A stretch of 64,000 bases of DNA. Source: Podarcis bocagei (lineage: Eukaryota). The position numbers and the translations under genes are program-made. The stretch is taken from NCBI GenBank assembly GCA_964188305.1, contig OZ076893.1; one strand, given 5' to 3'. The notes under the pieces were generated by a model. It worked only from the letters and a program-made list of their open reading frames with translations, did not search any database and was not told the origin of the DNA. Below, in pieces: positions 51,583 to 61,811 of the stretch. How positions within the stretch are numbered: the stretch's first letter is position 1; the number at the start of each line of letters is the position of its first letter.

Positions 51583-51933
51583 CTAAGGCCGGGGGCGGTC
51601 CCGGCCCCCAGGAGCCCCGCCTCTCCTGGCCTTAAGGCGAGCACTCCTCCTGGGAGAGACCAGTTCCCTTCGCCTCTCTGCCCTAAGCCTCTGCAGTTCA
51701 GGAGAGGCCGAAGGGTTACTGGGCCCCGGGGGAGGCTCACCTGTAGCCACTGAGTCCTCCAGCACCTCTGGGGCCAGAATGGTCTCACCTGGTGCCTGCC
51801 CCTGAGGATCTGGCCCAGGTGCAGGCTCCTCAGCATCTAGGCCTTGCCCCAGTTCAGCCGGCCCTGGAGGCGGGGACTCCTGTGCCGGCTGGGATTCCTC
51901 CGGTTCACTCTCAGACTCGGAATCCCAGGCCAT
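51583..51933 (-). CDS. Putative LTR(U3)-encoded 116-aa protein: acidic/Pro-rich N-terminus, basic C-terminus with SPRRSARL
   Basis: The ATG is at LTR nt 5 (GTGATGG) and the frame is open to a TAG just before a TATA-like GATAAA. The composition is strongly polarised. Expression is not shown. Confidence 0.5.
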   Translation of the reverse strand: MAWDSESESEPEESQPAQESPPPGPAELGQGLDAEEPAPGPDPQGQAPGETILAPEVLEDSVATGEPPPGPSNPSASPELQRLRAERRRELVSPRRSARLKARRGGAPGGRDRPRP

Positions 51934-52884
51934 CACACCAGCTATGATTAAATGGGCACAAGATATTGGGCATAACATAATGATGGCTGACTGGGAACAG
52001 TTATGGACCACGGGTATGAAATTCATGGCATGTAATGCCTTAAGAGAAAACTTAATGAAAATGATTTATAGGTGGTACATGACACCAGTCAAGCTTGCAA
52101 AAATATACCATTTGCCCGACAATAAATGTTGGAAATGTAATGAGACTGAAGGTACATTTTTCCACCTTTGGTGGACATGCCCAAGGATTAAGACATTCTG
52201 GGAGATGATTTATAACGAAATGAAAAAGATATTTAAATATACTTTTTTGAAGAAACCAGAGGCCTTTCTCCTGGGCATGGTCGGCCAATTGGTGTTAAAG
52301 AAAAATAGAATTTTTTTTTATGTATGCAACAACAGCAGCAAGAATACTTATCACGAAGTATTGGAAGACACAAGATTTACCCACACAGGAAGAATGGCAG
52401 ATGAAGTTGATGGACTACATGGAATTGGCGGAAATGACTGGCAGAATCCGAGACCAGGGAGAAGAATCGGTGGAAGAAGATTGGAAAAAGTTTAAAGACT
52501 ACTTACAGAAATATTGTAAAATTAATGAATGTTAGAGAAATGTTGGAATGAAGTTATATGGCTTTAGTAGAAATGTTATAAGGAATTAGGTATAGATAGA
52601 TTAATAGGGTATTAAAGGGAAAAATAAGGTTAGAATGTGTTAAGATAATTATAGGATAGAAAATAGAGGAAGATGGAGAGGAATTGCTGAAACAATTAAT
52701 AGAAGTGGAAGACAAAAAGGGAGGCGTGAGGAGGTCATGGAAACATGTGAATGAAAGATAAGATATTGAAATTGGATTGTGTTTTGAATGGTTTTTGTTC
52801 TGTTTTGTAAATTGTTTGTGTTAGTGTTGTGTAGTGTTTTTTGTACAGTATTGTATTGCTGTATTGTTTTTCTTTGGTTTTTGT

Positions 52885-55800
52885 GTTGTTGTTGTTGTTG
52901 TTGTTTAGTCGTTTAGTCGTGTCCGACTCTTCGTGACCCCATGGACCAGAGCACGCCAGGCACTTCTGTCCTCCACTGCCTCCCGCAGTTTGATCAAACT
53001 CATGCTGGTAGCTTCAAGAACACCATCCAACCATCTCATTCTCTGTCGTCCCCTTCTCCTTGTGCCCTCCATCTTTCCCAACATCAGGGTCTTTTCCAGG
53101 GAGTCTTCTCTTCTCATGAGGTGGCCAAAGTATTGGAGCCTCAGCTTCACGATCTGTCCTTCCAGTGAGCACTCAGGGCTGATTTCCTTAAGAATGGAGA
53201 GGTTTGATCTTCTTGCAGTCCATGGGACTCTCAAGAGTCTCCTCCAGCACCATAATTCAAAAGCATCAATTCTTCGGCGATCAGCCTTCTTTATGGTCCA
53301 GCTCTCACTTCCATACATCACTACTGGGAAAACCATGGCTTTTACTATACGGACCTTTGTTGGCAAGGTGATGTCTCTGCTTTTTAAGATGTTGTCTAGG
53401 TTTGCCATCGCCTTTCTCCCAAGGAGCAGGCGTCTTTTAATTTCGTGACTGCTGTCACCATCTGCACTGATCATGGAGCCCAAGAAAGTAAAATCTCTCA
53501 CTGCCTCCATTTCTTCCCCTTCTATTTGCCAGGAGGTGATGGGTCCAGTGGCCATGATCTTCGTTTTTTTGATGTTGAGCTTCAGACCATATTTTGCGCT
53601 CTCCTCTTTCACCCTCATTAAAAGGTTCTTTAATTCCTCTTCACTTTCTGCTATCAAGGTTGTGTCATCTGCATATCTGAGGTTGTTGATATTTCTTCCG
53701 GCAATCTTAATTCCGGCTTGGGATTCATCCAGCCCAGCCTTTCGCATGATGAGTTCTGCATATAAGTTAAATAAGCAGGGAGACAATATACAGCCTTGCC
53801 GTACTCCTTTCCCAATTTGGAACCAATCAGTTGTTCCATATCCAGTTCTAACTGTAGCTTCTTGTCCCACATAGAGATTTCTCAGGAGACAGATGAGGTG
53901 ATCAGGCACTCCCATTTCTTTAAGAACTTGCCATAGTTTGCTGTGGTCAACACAGTCAAAGGCTTTTGCATAGTCAATGAAGCAGAAGTAGATGTCTTTC
54001 TGGAACTCTCTAGCTTTCTCCATAATCCAGCGCATGTTTGCAATTTGGTCTCTGGTTCCTCTGCCTCTTCTAAATCCAGCTTGCACTTCTGGGAGTTCTC
54101 GGTCCACATACTGCTTGAGCCTTCCTTGTAGAATGTTAAGCATAACCTTGCTAGCGTGTGAAATGAGTGCAATTGTGCGGTAGTTGGAGCATTCTTTGGC
54201 ACTGCCTTTCTTTGGGATTGGGATGTAGACTGATCTTCTCCAATCCTCTGGCCACTGCTGAGTTTTCCAAACTTGCTGGCATATTGAGTGTAGCACCTTA
54301 ACAGCATCATCTTTTAAAATTTTAAACAGTTCAGCTGGAATACCATCACTTCCACTGGCCTTGTTATTTGCAGTGCTTTCTAAGGCCCATTTGACTTCAC
54401 TCTCCAGGATGTCTGGCTCAAGGTCAGCAACCACACTACCTGGGGTGTACGAGACATCCATATCTTTCTGGTATAATTCCTCTGTGTATTCTTGCCACCT
54501 CTTCTTGATGTCTTCTGCTTCAGTTAGGTCTTTACCACTTTTGTCCTTTATTATGGTAATCTTTGTACGAAATGTTCCTTTCATATTTCCGATTTTCTTG
54601 AACAGATCTCTGGTTCTTCCCATTCTGTTGCTTTCCTCTATTTCTTTGCATTGCTCGTTTAAGAAGGCATTCTTGTCTCTCCTTGCTATTCTTTGGAAAT
54701 CTGCATTCAATTTCTTGTATCTTTCATTATCTCCCTCGCATTTTGCTTGCCTTCTCTCCTCCGCTATTTGTAAGGCCTCGTTGGACAGCCACTTTGCTTT
54801 CTTGCATTTCTTTTTCATTGGGATGGTTTTAGTTGCTGCCTCCTGTATAATGTTGCGAGCCTCCACCCATAGTTCTTCAGGCACTCTGTCCAGCAAATCT
54901 AAATCCTTAAACCTGTTCCTCACTTCCACTGTGTATAAGGGATTTGGTTTAGATTGTATCTTACCTGTCCAGTGGTTTTTCCTACTTTCTTCAGTTTAAG
55001 CTTGAATTTTGCTATAAGAAGCTGATGATCTGAGCCACAGTCAGCTCCAGGTCTTGTTTTTGCTGACTGTATAGAGCTTCTCCATCTTTGGCTGCAGAGA
55101 ATATAATCAATCTGATTTCGATGATGCCCATCTGGGGATGTCCATGTGTAGAGTCGTCTCTTGTGTTGTTGGAAAAGCGTGTTTGTGATGACCAACTTGT
55201 TCTCTTGGCAGAACTCTATTAGCCTTTGCCCTGCTTCGTTTTGATCTCCAAGGCCAAACTTGCCAGTTGTTCCTTTTATCTCTTGATTCCCTACTTTAGC
55301 ATTCCAATCACCTATAATGAGCAGAACATCCTTCTTTGGTGTCACTTCTATAAGGTCTTGTAAGTCTTCATAGAATTGGTCAATTTCAGTTTCTTCAGCA
55401 CCAGTAGTTGGTGCATACACTTGGATTACTGTGATGTTAAAAGGTCTGCCTTGGATTCGTATCGAGATCATTCTATCATTTTTGAGACTGCATCCCAGTA
55501 CAGCTTTCGCCACTCTTTTGTTGACTATGAGGGCCACTCCATTTCTTTTACGGGTTTCTTGCCCACAGTAGTAGATATGATAGTCATCCGAACTGAATTC
55601 GCCCATTCCCGTCCATTTTAGCTCACTGATGCCCAGGATGTCAATATTTATTCTCGCCATCTCATTTTTGACCACATCCAACTTACCCAGGTTCATGGTT
55701 CTTACATTCCAGGTTCCTATGCAATATTTTTCTTTACAGCATTGGACTTTCCTTTCGCTTCCATGCATATCCGCAACTGAGCGTCCTTTCAGCTTTGGCC

Positions 55801-56112
55801 CAGCCGCTTCATCAGCTCTGGATCTACTTGTACTTGTCCTCCGCTCTTCCCCAGTAGCATGTTGGACACCTTCCGACCTGAGGGGCTCATCTTCCAGTGT
55901 CATAACTTTTATATGCCTGTTGTCTTTGTCCATGGAGTTTTCTTGGCAGGGATACTGGAGTGGCTTGCCGGTTCCTACTCCAGGTGGATCACGTTTGGTC
56001 AAAACTCTCCACTATGACCTGTTCATCTTGGGTGCCCTGCTCGGCATCGTTCATAGCTTCTCTGAGTTCTTCAAGCCCCTTCGCCACGGCAAGGCAGTGA
56101 TCCATGAAGGGG
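52885..56112 (-). mobile_element. Full-length BovB (RTE clade) LINE
   Basis: 3.2 kb, (CAA)n tail, 11-bp TSD TTGGTTTTTGT (52874-84, 56113-23), and the 5' UTR is present. Confidence 0.96.
52905..55933 (-). pseudogene. BovB APE-RT ORF with a single frameshift near 54932
   Basis: Endonuclease motifs GTWNVR, GISE, QVYAPT, GDWNAK, NQIDYI, GSDH and RT motifs RQGCILSP, LRYADD, split over two overlapping ORFs. The likely start is MDKDNR at 55933. Confidence 0.93.
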
Positions 56113-56592
56113 TTGGTTTTTGTAGTGTTGTGTTTAAATTGTTGAAAATTAATAAATATTATTTTTTTTAAAAAAAAATGTGTACAGAATACCACACAGC
56201 CACATTTGCCGGATTATTCAGTTCCTTTATGTCACCTGTGCCACTATATTCTGCTTGAGTTCCAGAATTAATTTTTGAAATCTTCGCAGGTCAGCCAAAA
56301 TAAAGAAAGCGTGGAGGACAGGACAGAGCAAACCACCCGTAGGTGTTTGGTGGGGTTAGGCAGCAGCACTCACTTGATCTCCCATCGCCTGCACTGTTGC
56401 TGCTTAGGAGGTAGAGTGGAAGGAGCAAGACTGTGGTAAGGTCAGACCAGTTCAAACACACTGAAGGGAGTCCCAGATTGGTCTTGCCAGTGCATTTGCA
56501 CTGCACAAAGCTTGTTCCCAGCTCACCCCTCTCAGGTGAGCACCACCATCCTGTCCCACTGACTGCAACTGCAAGTCGGGGGGGGGGATAAG

Positions 56593-56738
56593 CAGGGATG
56601 GGGGAACCTGTGGTCTTCCTGAAGTTGCTGCACTACAATTCCTATCATCCCTGATAACAGGCCATTCTGGCTAGAGCTGATGGGACTTGGAGTCCAACAA
56701 TATATATCAGGAGGGCCACAGCAGGTTTCCCATCCCTT
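56593..56738. mobile_element. Palindromic hAT-type MITE
   Basis: CAGGGATGGGGGAACCTG ... CAGGTTTCCCATCCCTT inverted ends with internal symmetry. Confidence 0.7.
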
Positions 56739-58561
56739 CAAGAAGGGAATGGAACCTCGCCCTCCCTAGAAATTTAATGATGGATGATTTCAGCTCCACA
56801 AAACTGAAGTGACAATTTGGATGCAGTTTGCACATCTTGCAAGCTATTGCAAGCTAAATTATAAGTGAGGAATGGCGGTCCAAGCGTAGAAGAGGCATTC
56901 TAATGAATGACGTACAAACAGTTGCTAAGAGAGGCTCAACTCTTAGAGAGTTGTAAGTTCCCCCTTAAGCACTCTCATCCCATCCTTGACCTACAGTAAG
57001 AGGGAAATTCTTTCTTGCAAAATAGGTCATTATTGTTACCCCTGTGTTACAGAGCTAACAGGCACCACAGACTCACCATCTCATTCAGTGGCTGCATGTG
57101 TGAACTGAGACCTTCCCAGCTCATGGGTCTTTTCTTACCTAGCTCATGGGTCATTCTGTGACAATCCCCCAATTCTCCAGCAGACCAATCAGCTCAAAAA
57201 TGTCCCAAGCTCTCCAGGCTCCAATAAAAGGTTTAGACTGAAATGGTTTTAAAGAGCCATAAAAATTACCTGGAGGGAAAATGGGGGGATGGGGGCATTT
57301 TGATGCAAATACTGTCAAGGGCATCAATTATAGTGATATATCTGTGGTTCACTGGTTCCTTGAATTATCGTTGAGGATTTCAGTGTGCTCGTAATTGGGT
57401 CATGATGATGAAAACACTTTTTCATGTGCAAGGCTGTTACAGCTGGCACAAAATCAAATATTTAGTTACCTGTCCTCCATTATATACAGAAACATCGGAT
57501 ATTTATGATGCAATGAAATATTTAGCCGGCACGTTGAAACGCTTACACCCTAGCATTAGAATTAAAAAATATGATGAAAATGCACCTCGTATACAGAAAA
57601 TGTATATTTTATATAAATTGTGTGTGCACTGAAATATTCATACAGTCTACTGAACTCCTTGCATTGTATTCAGTCAGCAGGCCTCTAGATGTTTCATATT
57701 AAAATGCACTTGTTACACAGAGAGTTATACAGTCCTATCTCAAATACCCTCTCACCCACTGAGCTGACTCATCCGATCAGCCATATCTCAGCCTAACTTC
57801 GCCCCTCTGGAGTATTCTGTCTCTCTCGGGTCACTAAAGAATGACAGCTGCAGGGATCTGATAAATTGTTTTGTTCACAATCACAGCTAGGGCTTGGCTA
57901 AGCTTTCACACATAAAAGGGACAGATTTTGGTGCATATTCATAAAGGGAAAATAGGGAAAAGGGAGCTTTCTGACATTGCTCATTCACATTCACATGCCA
58001 GTGTGAGGTCTAGACTGATCTTAGTTGTTACTGCTGCCCTTGATTCATAGCACATTTTTGTGTGTGCATGTCCTATATGGCTGCTTTTCAGACACATAAA
58101 GCCAACACATTTACACTGGAACTTACGGTGTCCAAATTCCATTTTGTCTGGAATTATATTGTCCTTATATTAGTTGCCGTATCATCTAATGAAGCGTTAT
58201 TGTGTTGAACCAGATTTGTTACCATGTTGGGAAGATTTTGGAAGTGCATTGCTTTAGTCTCTCCCCTTGCTTCACTTTCATTGGGGTTTAGTGGATTTCT
58301 TTGCAGACATGCCCCCAACATCCAAAGGGGTCTCCTGGATCAGGCCCGACAAGCATGACAGAACTCTCCTGACTTGTGATTCTCAACAACTGGTATTCAA
58401 AGGCATGTGACCTCAGGCCGTGAAGGAAGGACACAGCCATCATGAGCAGGAGCCTGGTGGTGAGGCCAGCAGAGATGTGATGTTGAGGGAAGAGGCAGCA
58501 TGCATGACCTCACACTCTCTTCACACAAGATCCTCATCACATAGGAAGCTTGTACCAATTC

Positions 58562-58641
58562 AACTTGGAGATCCCAGGGATTGAACCCGGGATCTTCTGT
58601 ATGCAAAGCAGCAGCCCTATCACTCAGCTACAGCCCTTCCC
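58562..58641 (-). mobile_element. Squam3-like SINE tRNA head
   Basis: The minus strand reads GGGAAGGGCTGTAGCTGAGTGATAG...GGTTCAATCCC (A and B boxes). Confidence 0.65.
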
Positions 58642-59529
58642 AGAGCTCAAATGGCAAACTCTTCTCTGCATTGGTCAGTTGTCTGCATTAACCAAATGTG
58701 GTGATATTCTCTGCACTCACGGATTCAAATGTGAGTTAACAACTGGGGACTTTATAAAACAGTGATGTTTCCCCACATTGATCGCATATTCAGTTGCTCA
58801 TTTGTATTAGCTATCTGAGGCAGCTGGCATCAAGTGAGGAAGGCTCACCCCGAGTGATAAATTATTATGGCCTTTCACGAAACAGGTTGTCTTTTTATTC
58901 ATAGGTTTCGGATCTTAAAATTTCAGGTTTCTGCTCCAAGTGTCGCTTATACACTTGGAAAAAATTACATATTTGCCATTCTGTGAGAAATGGTTAATAT
59001 ATATATATATATATTCACTTACATTTTGCTGCATTATTTTACAGAAAAACCTTTTCATATAATACAAAACACATTCTCACTTTATTGCAGACTAAGCAAT
59101 TGGCTGTTTATTGTTGAAATACACAAGGCAGAAACCAGAGAAAAGTCTAGAGGTGGAATCTTGCCCTGGGCCATGATAATAAGAGTCTTGAAATTTAACC
59201 CCATAGTGTTCAGGTTACTGCAGTGCATTTGTGGGGGGGGGGATAGGACTGTAGTTTCACCATCACTATCAAGTTACAGTTATCTCTGTGTTGTGTCATC
59301 TTGTGAGGGCTGGGTTAGTATGTATGCATGTATATGATTAACCTTGATTTTAAGGTGTGAATTTGCACACAATAGATGAGCTTACAACACACAAAGCAAT
59401 CCTATCCATGTCTACTCACAGAACTCCCTCTGTGTTTAATAGGCTGTACTTCCCTGTAAGCATCCATAGCATTTTAGCTGCATTTTAAAAAACAGTATGA
59501 CTAAACTTTTAAGACTGTGAGAAGATATT

Positions 59530-60201
59530 AACCATCTGCCCAGAATAAAGCAGCTATCATGCACAATATGATTGTGGATGAAGGGGCCGACCTGGTGTGT
59601 ATAACTAAGACCTGGGCAGATGAGCTGGGTGGTCTAATGTTGACCCAGCTGCCAGACAGATTTAGGGTAGCATGATTGGCTCAGGAGCACTGCAGGGGAT
59701 GCTGCAACTATGCTTTAGAATGGAGCATTAAAAGCAGGGGGTGCCAAATTTTGGCATCACACAGGGTGCCGCTTGAGACCCCAAGATCTGCTACTGCCAG
59801 CTGCCAGGATACTTGGTACAACACCATTTCAGGCCCGTAGGTGGAGCATGGGTTTTTGCTGTTGCTGTTGTTGCAATAATCCATAAAAATTCCATCTCCC
59901 TCATCCAGAGACCAATGCACAATATGTCTTTGTCTGAGGAATTGCTCATAGTACTGGAGATGCTATCAGTGCACCATCTACCCCACTTTTCTACAGCTTC
60001 CCTGTTTGAATTGGTGGAGATAATATTAGATGGGGTGTTGGGGAGAGCCTTCATGATGGTGTTGGGAGAACCTCAAGGTCCATGCTAAGGCTGCTTTTTA
60101 TGGACTGCATCAGAACTTCATGGCCTCCATGTCAACCATGGGACTGTTTCAATATGCTGTTGGCTGAATGCATGTGGCCAGACATACTCCCAACCTGGTG
60201 T
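59530..60201 (+). pseudogene. Degenerate L2-clade LINE endonuclease fragment, interrupted at about 59700-59860
   Basis: Translations SAQNKAAIMHNMIVDEGADLVCITKTW, VAIIHKNSI, MMVLGE and NFMASMSTMGLFQY..HVARHTPNLV match L2 APE motifs. Confidence 0.75.
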
Positions 60202-60412
60202 GGGTTTGTTTTAAGCACAGGGAGCTCTCTTAGTAGTTCTGCCACTCTCTAGAAGTGTGAAGGCAGGTGGTCCAAGAGAAAGCTTTATCTGAGGCAATGT
60301 CATCTTTGCCCTGGCCTTTGGCAGTTAAGGCATTTTGTTTTGTGGGACACACCTCTTTTGATGAAGCTTAACTGTTCTGTGCTGATAGGAATGGTTTTAC
60401 CATATATATGTG

Positions 60413-60884
60413 CAGGGCTGGCCCAAAACATTTGGCACTCGAGGTGAACCAGAATATGCGCCCTCCCTGTTACAGAAGAAGAGGTGAGTGAAGATCTACA
60501 CCAGGGGCAGAAGAATCAAATCAACTTTACTGGATGGTTGAAGTGGGAATCAAAGACCATCATGGGGGGAAGCAGAGCCTGCTCTGAATCACACCAAGTG
60601 GTTGCAGACCCCAGGAGACCCCAGAGGGAAGCCCCTGGTATTTTCTCCCTCAGGTGAGAGGAAACCAGCAGCACCTTCTATTCACCAAGAGACCTCTGTA
60701 GAGACAGAATGGGGGTGGGTGGGATTGCTGAGGAGTCAGCAGATCCGGCCTCCAAGCAGTACACTGCAGTCATGCTGCCCCCATGGCAGCGGCAGCAGCG
60801 AGCAATGCATTTCTTTAAGGATGGCTCTGCTGCTTCTGTGGATCCTGTTGCCTGAGGTGGTTGCCTTGCCTTACCTCATGGGTG
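60413..60884. mobile_element. Degenerate hAT-like non-autonomous element
   Basis: Starts CAGGGCTGGCCCAAAACATTTGG and ends GCCTGAGG..CCTCATGGGTG. The right TIR is missing. Confidence 0.4.
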
Positions 60885-61784
60885 TGTGTGTTTAATCTGT
60901 TTTTATAATTGTATATTATATTGTTGTAGCCAGCTCTGGAGCTTTATGGTGAAAAGTGGGTAAAGTTTTTTTAATATATATATATATATCAAACAATCAA
61001 TCAAATCTTCTGCCCTAAACAATGAACCATGAAGTAGTGACAATGACAAAACACTGAAGTAAGGTATGGAGGGCTAGGCCCACACCACAACAGCATAAGT
61101 CAGTGCCTAGGGGTGGAGCATGTGCAAGCTCTGAGTACTACAAAGCCAGTCATAGTTCTCTGTGTTGCTGCACTGTTCAGTGCTTGGCAAACCATGTGGT
61201 ATTGATATCTGTTTTCAATCCTAATACTTCATTTAAATTGGATACCATATTTGGCTTTTTTATTATTATCAAAAAGTGATTATGGCCTACGTTTAACCTA
61301 CATGGTTTCCACAGACAGAGTTTTACAGCCACATCTCGGAACCTTTTTGTTGTCGTTGAAAACTGAAAGTGTCTTTATGCAGTTCGTTTACGTGCCAGCT
61401 ACCAAACTCTGCCACGTTACCAGTTCCGAACTGACTGCCCCGGAGGAAACAAAAGTACTGAAAATATAGCCAAGGAGGGCCAATTCCATTGAGTAATTTT
61501 TAAGTGTGTGAATTTGACAGTGCAATAGGCACCATATGCTAAATATTTATTTGTACCCATATTAAACATTGATTAAACTGCTTGCAACATGGAATCTCCA
61601 GATTTGGAAGGTGGCTGTACAAATACATATGTACATTTATTCTGCTAGATCTTATATAATATATATATATTCCACTATGAAATATATGCTTTCAGGGTAA
61701 TGTTTTTATGAGTAAGAATTTCATGTTATTGCATGTGTGTTGCATGTGTGCTTAATGGAAGATTCTTGGCTGAATGTTTGCATC

Positions 61785-61811
61785 TGTGTGTGTGTGTGTG
61801 TGTGTGTGTGT
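61785..61811. repeat. (TG)n microsatellite
   Basis: Direct reading. Confidence 0.95.

Larger units (their letters stand above)
51232..51937 (-). mobile_element. Solo LTR (Ty3/Gypsy-like), 706 bp, CpG-rich
   Basis: TGTGCTGG...CCATCACA (7/8 inverted repeat) and a 5-bp TSD TCAGC/CCAGC. Removing it restores the L1 frame (..VKSA|MIKW..). Confidence 0.88.
48218..52535 (+). pseudogene. L1/Tx1 ORF2 (APE endonuclease, reverse transcriptase, C-terminal CCHC), disrupted
   Basis: Motifs GIYAPN, MGDMN, TRIDQIW, SDHNAV, KSPGPDG, RQGCPISP, AFADD and CWKC-x8-H-x4-C. Frameshifts lie near 48915-49170 and 52315, and an LTR is inserted at 51232. Confidence 0.92.
48218..56178 (+). mobile_element. 5'-truncated L1/Tx1-type LINE, interrupted by a solo LTR and a BovB
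   Basis: Remnant of the EN-RT-Cys ORF2, AATAAA at 56151 plus a poly(A) tail, and TSD (AAAAA)TGTGTAC at 48211-17 and 56179-85. Confidence 0.92.

Noticed and set aside
51934-52026. First 31 codons of the 147-aa ORF
   Set aside because: These lie outside the LTR, in antisense L1 sequence, and are a chance fusion.
52933-56171. Several long plus-strand ORFs (171, 133, 212, 180 aa)
   Set aside because: Antisense shadows of the BovB coding sequence.
61300-61470. CpG-retaining segment with a minus-strand acceptor-like site
   Set aside because: All frames close quickly or are unrecognisable; conservation cannot be tested here.
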